This document shows positions 9,365 to 16,327 of a stretch of DNA of 64,000 nt, in pieces. Every line of letters begins with the position of its first letter. The stretch's first letter is position 1. The position numbers were made by a program, and so were the translations under genes. The notes beneath the pieces were generated by a model. The model saw nothing but the letters and a program-made list of their open reading frames with translations, was not told where the DNA came from and did no database searches. The stretch is from an uncultured Clostridia bacterium (lineage in GTDB: Bacteria; Bacillota; Clostridia; Oscillospirales; CAG-272), in assembly GCA_944381115.1 (NCBI GenBank), contig CALWJV010000015.1, positions 139,894-203,893 on the forward strand, given 5' to 3'.

Positions 9365-10885
9365 TTACATAAAGTTAATAATTTGCTCATCATCTGCACC
9401 AAGAATACGTTTAATGGCTATATTTTCTCTTACTTTTTTAGTTATAATTCCTTTAAAACCCAAGATTTGAATTGTGATAAGAGGAGTCATTGCGACCATT
9501 GCAACTATACCGAATGCATCACCCATTATTTTGCTTTCTCCGTGAAGCGTGTAACAAACACCAATAGCAAGGGGAAGAATGAACGTTGAGGTAAGAGGAC
9601 CGCTGGCAACACCACCGGAGTCAAATGCAATTGCGGTATAAAGTTTAGGAACAAAAAAAGAAAGACCTAGAGAAATAAAGTAGCCTGGGATAAGGTAATA
9701 AAGTATGCTGAAATCAAGGATTATGCGGAGCATTGAAATTCCGATTGAAATTCCGACGCCGATTGAAAGCGCAAAAAGCATTGAGCGTTTTGTAACGGTG
9801 CCGTTTGTTATTTCCTCAACCTGTTTATTTAATACATGAATGGCAGGTTCAGCCAGAACAACAACTGCGCCTATTACAAAACCAAAAATAACAACACTTA
9901 CCGGACTGTTTTTTGCAAGTATTTCACCTATTTTGTAGCCAACAGGCATAAAACCTATGTTTACTGCGGTTAAAAAAACAACAAGTCCGATAAAGGTATA
10001 AACGATTCCAACAGTTATCTGATAAAGTTTCTTTTTAGGAAGTTTTAAAAATATCATTTGAAGAACAGTAAAGAAGACTATAATAAGACTTAGTGCGATT
10101 GCAACTTCCTTTGTTTTTTCAAATAAAGTTTTAAATATGGTCAACGGAGAGGTATCTACGGGGTAATTGGGTGTACCGTAATCAATATTACCGTTTGCTC
10201 CTATACCGAGTAACATAACAGCCAGGATAGGACCTACCGAACACATGGATACAAGGCCGAAACTGTTTTCACTGGCATTTTTTCCGCCGATAGTTGTAGC
10301 AATACCGACACCGAGAGCCATTATAAACGGGACGGTTATCGGACCGGTTGTAACTCCGCCTGAATCAAATGCGAGAGGGAGGAAACCCGAATTTCCGTTT
10401 ATAACTGTAAGAGATGTCAGAGCAAAAAGAATCATGTAGAAGAACATTAAAAGAGAAGACAGATTTACTTTAAATATAATTTTAAATACTACCAAGACAA
10501 GGAAAAGGCCTACTCCAGCACCGACTGCAAATATAAGCAGAGTAGAATTCATTATTGAAGATACCTGTTCAGCCAAAACGGTAAGATCGGGTTCCGCAAT
10601 AGTTATGAGAAGTCCCATGAGAAAGCAGACAGATAAAAGGAGTTTTAGACTTTTTGATTTTGCAAGTCCTGACCCTACATGTTCTCCCATAGGTGTCATT
10701 GCGAGATCGGCGCCGAGGTTGAAAAGTCCGATTCCAAATATCAAGAATACAGCGGAAATTAAAAATAAGAAAATATCATTTCCGAGCGAGATCAGAGGAG
10801 TTAAGTTAAGAATAAAAACTATAAGTGTTATCGGAAAAACCGAAACAAAGGCCTCTGTAATTTTTTTAAATAGAATATTTTTCAA
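9365..10885 (-). CDS. DUF1538 family integral membrane protein (two fused DUF1538 repeats)
   Basis: The signature AFDSGGVTTGPITVPFIMALGVG appears in the first half and AFDSGGVASGPLTSTFILPLAIG in the second. The protein is polytopic and hydrophobic throughout. Confidence 0.6.
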   Translation of the reverse strand: MKNILFKKITEAFVSVFPITLIVFILNLTPLISLGNDIFLFLISAVFLIFGIGLFNLGADLAMTPMGEHVGSGLAKSKSLKLLLSVCFLMGLLITIAEPDLTVLAEQVSSIMNSTLLIFAVGAGVGLFLVLVVFKIIFKVNLSSLLMFFYMILFALTSLTVINGNSGFLPLAFDSGGVTTGPITVPFIMALGVGIATTIGGKNASENSFGLVSMCSVGPILAVMLLGIGANGNIDYGTPNYPVDTSPLTIFKTLFEKTKEVAIALSLIIVFFTVLQMIFLKLPKKKLYQITVGIVYTFIGLVVFLTAVNIGFMPVGYKIGEILAKNSPVSVVIFGFVIGAVVVLAEPAIHVLNKQVEEITNGTVTKRSMLFALSIGVGISIGISMLRIILDFSILYYLIPGYFISLGLSFFVPKLYTAIAFDSGGVASGPLTSTFILPLAIGVCYTLHGESKIMGDAFGIVAMVAMTPLITIQILGFKGIITKKVRENIAIKRILGADDEQIINFM

Positions 10886-10914
10886 ATTTTGACTCCTTTT
10901 ACAGAATATAAAAA

Positions 10915-11523
10915 TTATTTTTCCAATATTTCAAATAAATAATCTTTAAGTGCTTGTGTATTTCCGTCAAAAAGATATGTATTTATACCGTAATTTTTTG
11001 CACCGGCGATATTTTTCGGATTATCATCAATAAAAATACTTTCTTCTTTTTTTATTTTACACTCACTGCAAAGTATGTCAAATATTTCTTTATTTGGTTT
11101 AACGACGCCGTAGTCGGCGGACATTATACATTTGTCAAAAAAAGAGAGTATGGGTATCTCGTTTCTATGCTGGCTAAAAGATTTTGAAATATTTGATAAA
11201 AGAAAAAGTTTAACGCCAAATTTTTTTTTGATACCGGTTATTAATTCACGGATCCCATCTGTTTCGGGCAGATTATATAACCAATTTTTATAGATTTTTT
11301 CTGCGACGGGGTGGAGTCTTTCGGGAAGACGTGAGCAGACTTCTTTTATAAGTTCTTCGTCCGAAATGGTACCAAGATCCAGTTTGTCCCAATAAATACG
11401 GTCAAAAACCGTTTTTTGCAAAAGTTTAGAGTCTGAAAAGTCCGTGACATATTTTTCTGTCATATATTCGGGGTCAAATTTAACCAGGACCTGGCCAAAA
11501 TCAAAAATAATATTTTTTATCAT
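10915..11523 (-). CDS. HAD superfamily hydrolase (subfamily IA-like phosphatase)
   Basis: Motif I IIFDFGQVL, motif II LLSN, motif IV FIDDNPKNIAGA. Confidence 0.75.
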   Translation of the reverse strand: MIKNIIFDFGQVLVKFDPEYMTEKYVTDFSDSKLLQKTVFDRIYWDKLDLGTISDEELIKEVCSRLPERLHPVAEKIYKNWLYNLPETDGIRELITGIKKKFGVKLFLLSNISKSFSQHRNEIPILSFFDKCIMSADYGVVKPNKEIFDILCSECKIKKEESIFIDDNPKNIAGAKNYGINTYLFDGNTQALKDYLFEILEK

Positions 11524-11631
11524 ATAAACACCATACTGTACTAAAATTATTTAAAAAGTATCAGTTAAAATACCGTTGGGTATATTAACGGAATTTCAAT
11601 TAAAAATCAAACAAATTTGTATTTTATACTT

Positions 11632-11660
11632 ATTGTATCATATAAAAATATATTTTGCAA
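11632..11660 (-). promoter_or_regulatory. sigma-A type promoter (TTGCAA-17-TACAAT) for the HAD/DUF1538/P-II genes
   Basis: Read on the minus strand: TTGCAA at 11660-11655, 17-nt spacer, TACAAT at 11637-11632. Confidence 0.4.
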
Positions 11661-11667
11661 TAAAAAA

Positions 11668-11705
11668 ATAAAAAAACATCACAAAAAATAAAAATTTTGT
11701 GATGT
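11668..11705 (-). terminator. rho-independent terminator of the CofE-like/guaA-like operon
   Basis: Minus-strand stem ACATCACAAAA/TTTTGTGATGT followed by a T-run. It lies about 40 nt downstream of the stop at 11746. Confidence 0.6.
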
Positions 11706-11745
11706 CTAAGATTTTATTTGTTTAATTTTTAAAAAGCAGATATTT

Positions 11746-12732
11746 TTATTCCCACTCTATGGTTCCGACCGGTTTTGGAGTAAGATCAAAAAGAACACGG
11801 TTTATTCCTTTGACTTCTGCTGTTATCCTGTCTGTAATGGTGTGTAAAACGGAGTATGGAATTTCTTCTATTGTTGCACTCATTGCATCAGTAGTATTGA
11901 TTGCACGTATAATAGCCGGCCAACCTTCATAACGGTTGCCGTCTTTTACGCCGACGCTTCTTAGATCAGGAACGACGATAAAGTATTGCCATACTTTTTC
12001 GGCAAGACCGCATTTATCAAATTCCTCGCGGAGTATTGCATCAGCTTCGCGAAGTGCGTGGAGGCGGTCGCGGGTTATTGCGCCGAGACAGCGGACTCCG
12101 AGACCAGGTCCCGGGAACGGCTGACGGTATACCATTGTATGTGGAAGACCAAGCGCCTCTCCGACAACTCTGACTTCATCTTTAAAAAGAAGCGCCAAAG
12201 GTTCAACAAGTTCAAAATTCAAGTTTTCGGGAAGTCCTCCGACATTGTGATGAGCCTTTACGCCTTTACTTTCAAGTATGTCAGGGTAAATTGTTCCCTG
12301 TGCAAGGAAAGAAATACCGTCAAGTTTTCCGGCTTGTTCTGCAAATACGTTTATAAATTCACTTCCGATTATTTTGCGTTTTTTCTCAGGATCGCTTACA
12401 TTTTCGAGTTTAATCAAGAAGCGCTCAGTTGCGTCGATGTAGATAAGGTTTGCATTAAGTGTGTTTCCGAAAACTTTTATTACCTGCTCGCTTTCACCTT
12501 TACGCATAAGTCCGTGGTTTACATGAACGCAGACAAGTTGTTTTCCGATCGCTTTTATAAGAAGAGCGGCAACGACAGAGGAGTCGACACCTCCGGAAAG
12601 TGCAAGCAGAACCTTTTTGTCACCTACCTGATTTCTTATTGACGTTATCTGATCATTTATAAATTTATTTGCAAGAGCGGAAGTAGTTATTCTTTGCATT
12701 GAATCGGGACGTACCATTATTTCCATAAACAT
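11746..12732 (-). CDS. guaA: GMP synthase ATP-pyrophosphatase/dimerisation domain only (no glutamine amidotransferase domain)
   Basis: PP-loop LALSGGVDSSV near the N-terminus and the canonical GuaA C-terminus ...KPVGTIEWE. At 328 aa it covers only the C-terminal two thirds of bacterial GuaA. Confidence 0.85.
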   Translation of the reverse strand: MFMEIMVRPDSMQRITTSALANKFINDQITSIRNQVGDKKVLLALSGGVDSSVVAALLIKAIGKQLVCVHVNHGLMRKGESEQVIKVFGNTLNANLIYIDATERFLIKLENVSDPEKKRKIIGSEFINVFAEQAGKLDGISFLAQGTIYPDILESKGVKAHHNVGGLPENLNFELVEPLALLFKDEVRVVGEALGLPHTMVYRQPFPGPGLGVRCLGAITRDRLHALREADAILREEFDKCGLAEKVWQYFIVVPDLRSVGVKDGNRYEGWPAIIRAINTTDAMSATIEEIPYSVLHTITDRITAEVKGINRVLFDLTPKPVGTIEWE

Positions 12733-12746
12733 AACCTCACTTTAAA

Positions 12747-13946
12747 TCAATTTGTGTAATTGTCAAAATAACCTTGAACAAGTACAATGGGAGTTCCTTT
12801 GTCACCGGAACCGCTTGTAAGGTCACACAAAGATCCGATAAGGTCTGTGAGTTGACGTGGAGTTGTTCCTTGAGCAGCCATATTACCTACAAGACTTCCG
12901 TCCTTTGCTTTTATGCTGTTGGAAATTGCTTCTTTAAGGGCATCACCGGATAAATTTTTAAAATCGTTATCTGCAAGGTATTTAAGTTTCAGTTCATTAG
13001 GCGTGCCGATGAGACCGTCTGTAAATGCTGGAGAAACGACCGGGTCGGCAAGTTCCCATATTTTACCTTTTGGATCTTTAAATGCCCCGTCTCCATATAT
13101 CATTACCTCAACGTGTTTTCCGGTTGCATTCATTATACGTTCCTGTACATCAAGAACAAAAGGACGGCAGTCGCGGGGAAAAAGTTTTACAGATGTTTCT
13201 GTAGATTTATTGGAGCCGAGAAGTCCGTATTTTTCGTTGTATCCGCTTCCATTTACCGGAGATGTAAGTATATCATCAAGCCCCAAGACCATTTTTGCAC
13301 CGCCTTCTTTTAGTAAACGTTTTGAACGGGCTCTTGTATGTATATCGCAGGTAAGAACGGAATCGGTGTAATCAAGAATTGCTTTTGCGTTATTTGCAAA
13401 AATAATTTCTACATCGGCACCGCATTCGCGGATGAGGTCTGCGTAGTACTGAACATAGTCAACACCTGTAAACTCAAGTTTCTGGATACCGAAGATTTCA
13501 CGGTAACGCTCAAGAGTAAGTACATCGGAGTAAGGATTTATCCCTGCGGCATCTATCAGATCCCAGGTGGCAAGGTGGTTTCCAACTTCGTCAGAAGGAT
13601 AACTCAGCATCAAAACGATTTTTTTAGCACCCATTGCAATACCTTTAAGGCAGATGGCAAATCTGTTACGCGAAAGTATCGGGAAGATAACTCCGATGGT
13701 TTGTCCACCGAATTTTGTCTTTACATCTGCTGCGATATCATCTACCGAAGCGTAATTTCCCTGTGAACGGGCAACGATAGATTCCGTTACGGAAATTACA
13801 TCACGGTCTCGAATTGTAAAGCCCTCGCTTTCGGCTGCTTCGAGCACACTGTCTGTAACGATCTTTGCAAGATCGTCTCCTTTTCTGATTATGGGACAAC
13901 GAATTCCTCTTGAGACTGTTCCTACTTTTCTGGTGTTTTGGTTCAT
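12747..13946 (-). CDS. CofE-like (F420-0:gamma-glutamyl ligase family) protein with a large insertion
   Basis: N-terminal IIRKGDDLAKIV...DRDVISVTESIVARSQG, central YGLLGSN...HVEVMIYGDG, and C-terminal GSGDKGTPIVLVQG. These parallel the CofE core motifs from memory. Confidence 0.55.
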   Translation of the reverse strand: MNQNTRKVGTVSRGIRCPIIRKGDDLAKIVTDSVLEAAESEGFTIRDRDVISVTESIVARSQGNYASVDDIAADVKTKFGGQTIGVIFPILSRNRFAICLKGIAMGAKKIVLMLSYPSDEVGNHLATWDLIDAAGINPYSDVLTLERYREIFGIQKLEFTGVDYVQYYADLIRECGADVEIIFANNAKAILDYTDSVLTCDIHTRARSKRLLKEGGAKMVLGLDDILTSPVNGSGYNEKYGLLGSNKSTETSVKLFPRDCRPFVLDVQERIMNATGKHVEVMIYGDGAFKDPKGKIWELADPVVSPAFTDGLIGTPNELKLKYLADNDFKNLSGDALKEAISNSIKAKDGSLVGNMAAQGTTPRQLTDLIGSLCDLTSGSGDKGTPIVLVQGYFDNYTN

Positions 13947-14017
13947 TTTACACTGACCTTCTTTTTTAGAATTTAATTGAATATTGAACGATCTGCTGTC
14001 TTTTCAATAACATTGTA

Positions 14018-14046
14018 ATTATATCATAAATAAGAAAAATTGTAAA
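14018..14046 (-). promoter_or_regulatory. sigma-A type promoter (TTTACA-17-TATAAT) for the CofE-like/guaA-like operon
   Basis: Minus strand: TTTACA at 14046-14041, 17-nt spacer, TATAAT at 14023-14018. Confidence 0.5.
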
Positions 14047-14173
14047 GAGTTTTTTGAAAAAAGTGAAGAGAATTTTAAAATTTTAATATTAATAAAAATA
14101 ATACGGCTTTATAATAAAAACTTTTAATATAATATTTATAAATGAAAGAGAAAGAATAAATTTAAAAAAATGC

Positions 14174-14202
14174 TTGTAAATGTTTCCTGAATATGGTATA
14201 AT
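14174..14202 (+). promoter_or_regulatory. sigma-A type promoter with extended -10 (TTGTAA-17-TGgTATAAT)
   Basis: TTGTAA at 14174-14179 and TATAAT at 14197-14202, preceded by TGG. Confidence 0.5.
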
Positions 14203-14252
14203 ATTTAAGTATTTAAGTATAAGATTGAATTTTTTTGAAAGGAGGACTTTTT

Positions 14253-14759
14253 TTGAAGGAATTTGAAGAAATATACAAAACCTATTATAATGATGTTTAC
14301 AGATTTATGTTTAAAACATCAGGAGGGAATCATGACCTTGCCGAAGAATTGACACAGGACACATTTTATGAAGCATACCGTTCATTTCATAGGTATAACG
14401 GAAGTTGCAGTATTTTGACATGGTTATGTGCAATAGGTAAAAATCTTTGGTTTCATTACCTTCGTAAGCATAAAAATACAACACTTCGACTTGAAGCATT
14501 GGAAGAAACGATTTGCGATGATTATGAAAAGACACCTGATGCATGTGCGGAACGTTCGGAAAAAAGTTCTCAGATACGCAAGGCAATCGCTAAACTGAAG
14601 CCTAAACAAAGGGAAATAGTATTGCTTAGAGCAAACGGAGATATTTCGTTTGCTGAGATAGCAAGAATAATGAATATTACAGAGAACTCAGCAAAAGTTA
14701 TTTTTTTCCGTGCAAAAAATCAAATTAAGGAAAGGCTAGAAAATGAAGGATTTTTTTGA
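14253..14759 (+). CDS. ECF-type RNA polymerase sigma-70 family factor
   Basis: Region 2 (DLAEELTQDTFYEAYRSF...TWLCAIGKNLWFHYLRK) and region 4 (REIVLLRANGDISFAEIARIMNITENSAKVIFFRAK). The TTG start at 14253 sits 6 nt after AAAGGAGGA. Confidence 0.85.
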   Translation: MKEFEEIYKTYYNDVYRFMFKTSGGNHDLAEELTQDTFYEAYRSFHRYNGSCSILTWLCAIGKNLWFHYLRKHKNTTLRLEALEETICDDYEKTPDACAERSEKSSQIRKAIAKLKPKQREIVLLRANGDISFAEIARIMNITENSAKVIFFRAKNQIKERLENEGFF

Positions 14760-15063
14760 AAATAACTGCGACGTTGCAGAAGATCTTCTGCCGCTTTATG
14801 CAGACGGAGGCTGCTCCGAAAATACAGCAAAACTTTTACGTAAACATCTTGACGTTTGTCCGGAGTGCCGTAAATATTTAAAATCAGTAAAGAGAATGAA
14901 AAGCAAATTACTTGAGGATGACATTCCGGATTCTGCGCCTGATTATAAAACGCTCAGTAAGAAAATAAAGCGGCGTCGTAAGATATATACATCGATCATT
15001 ACTTCGGCTCTTATTCTCCTTACTGCAGGTGATATAATTTATTTTATAACCAATGACAGATGA
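14743..15063 (+). CDS. zinc-finger (HxxxCxxC) anti-sigma factor, single-pass membrane
   Basis: HLDVCPEC motif and a C-terminal TM helix (IYTSIITSALILLTAGDIIYFI). It overlaps the sigma gene by 17 nt. Confidence 0.65.
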   Translation: MKDFFENNCDVAEDLLPLYADGGCSENTAKLLRKHLDVCPECRKYLKSVKRMKSKLLEDDIPDSAPDYKTLSKKIKRRRKIYTSIITSALILLTAGDIIYFITNDR

Positions 15064-15964
15064 ATTATATAAATCGTGTCGGTTATGTCCGTTTGAATGC
15101 GGAATAGACAGAACGGTAAGCAAAGGAAGATGCGGGCAAAGCGCCGAAGTAAAGGTGGCGTTGGCATACCCGCATCTTTGGGAAGAGCCTACTCTTTCGG
15201 GACAAGGAATAGAGAACGACGTAAAAGGCTCCGGCACAGTGTTTTTTGTTGGCTGCAACCTGCACTGCGTGTTTTGTCAAAATGCCGAGATAAGCGGAAA
15301 AAATGCCGATGTTGGATCAATATTTACTGCGGGATCACTTGCGGATGAATTTATAAGACTCGAATCTATAGGGGGACATAACATCAACCTTGTAACTGCT
15401 ACACACTATGTTCCGACAGTTATAAAGGCAATAGAAAAAGCAAGGAAAACCGGGCTCAAACTGCCGATAATATATAACAGTAGCGGATATGAAAGTGAAA
15501 AAACGGTTAAAATGTTAAACGGTTATATTGATATATATATGCCCGATTTTAAATATTTTTCAAAAAGACTTGCATCACTTTATTCACATGTACCGGATTA
15601 CAGAAATATTTGCAGAAAAGCGATAAAAGCAATGTATGAACAAAGAGGAGATCCAAAGTTTGATGAGAAAGGTTTTATGATTTCGGGTGTAATTGTTAGG
15701 CACCTTGTTTTACCGGGATCGGATATGGATTCAAGGAAGATAATTTCGATATTATATGAAGATTTCGGGGATGACGGGATAGTTCTTTCGATTATGAATC
15801 AATATACACCAATGCCAGGAATGCCTTACCCCGAACTTACAGAAAAATTGCCGGAAAGTGCGTATTTAAGAGTAGTTTCACATGCAGATAAACTGGGATT
15901 CAGGTACCTTTATACTCAAAGCGGGGAGACTGCAAGCGAAAGTTTTATACCAAAGTTCAAATAG
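15053..15964 (+). CDS. PflX-type radical SAM protein (pyruvate formate-lyase activase-related)
   Basis: N-terminal Cys cluster CRLCPFECG...GRCG, radical SAM box GCNLHCVFCQN, and HLWEEP. It overlaps the anti-sigma ORF by 11 nt. Confidence 0.8.
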   Translation: MTDELYKSCRLCPFECGIDRTVSKGRCGQSAEVKVALAYPHLWEEPTLSGQGIENDVKGSGTVFFVGCNLHCVFCQNAEISGKNADVGSIFTAGSLADEFIRLESIGGHNINLVTATHYVPTVIKAIEKARKTGLKLPIIYNSSGYESEKTVKMLNGYIDIYMPDFKYFSKRLASLYSHVPDYRNICRKAIKAMYEQRGDPKFDEKGFMISGVIVRHLVLPGSDMDSRKIISILYEDFGDDGIVLSIMNQYTPMPGMPYPELTEKLPESAYLRVVSHADKLGFRYLYTQSGETASESFIPKFK

Positions 15965-16058
15965 ATAAATTTTTGATAAAAATTGTGTATAAAGGTGAAA
16001 AATAATGCTGAAAAGCAATTTTATGTTGGAAATTTAATTTAAAATTATGATTTAGATA

Positions 16059-16087
16059 TTGACAAATAAAAATAAATATGGTAAAAT
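16059..16087 (+). promoter_or_regulatory. strong sigma-A promoter (TTGACA-17-TGgTAAAAT)
   Basis: TTGACA at 16059-16064, 17-nt spacer, TAAAAT at 16082-16087 with an upstream TG. Confidence 0.6.
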
Positions 16088-16090
16088 TTA

Positions 16091-16242
16091 CTTTATCATA
16101 GGGGAGTAGATGACACTTATATGTGTGGATGTCCGTCATCTCGGCATGTAGCCCGGATATCCTTAATTATTGAGACTTATGTAAAGCAGTGCTATGCTTT
16201 TTTTCCTGTTTTGCGTAGCGTGGCTACGCTTTTTGTTTATTT
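16091..16242 (+). promoter_or_regulatory. yybP-ykoY (Mn2+) type riboswitch with terminator/antiterminator platform
   Basis: Hallmark GGGGAGUAG at 16101-16109 and 3' UGAGAC at 16171-16176. A closing helix pairs CUUUA-U-CAUA (16091-16100) with UAUGUAAAG (16178-16186). An internal stem pairs AGAUGAC with GUCAUCU. A downstream hairpin GCGUAGC-GUG-GCUACGC is followed by a U-run (16213-16242). Confidence 0.6.
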
Positions 16243-16327
16243 CAAACGGGGAAAATTAAAATAACGTTGAAAAACGGTTTTATATCATTTAAAACAGCCG
16301 TATAAAGCGGCAGAATGGAGGTTTGCC

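Noticed and set aside
11986-12642. 218-aa plus-strand ORF
   Set aside because: It is antisense to the GMP synthase PP-loop domain gene. It is a shadow ORF.
13947-14046. Purine riboswitch upstream of the CofE-like/guaA-like operon
   Set aside because: The leader is only about 75 nt. It has one weak A/T hairpin and none of the conserved purine-aptamer loops.
14203-14222. Tandem 8-mer ATTTAAGT ATTTAAGT between the promoter and the sigma-factor start
   Set aside because: It is a single duplication in AT-rich leader DNA. It is too short to interpret and has no partner sites elsewhere in the window.
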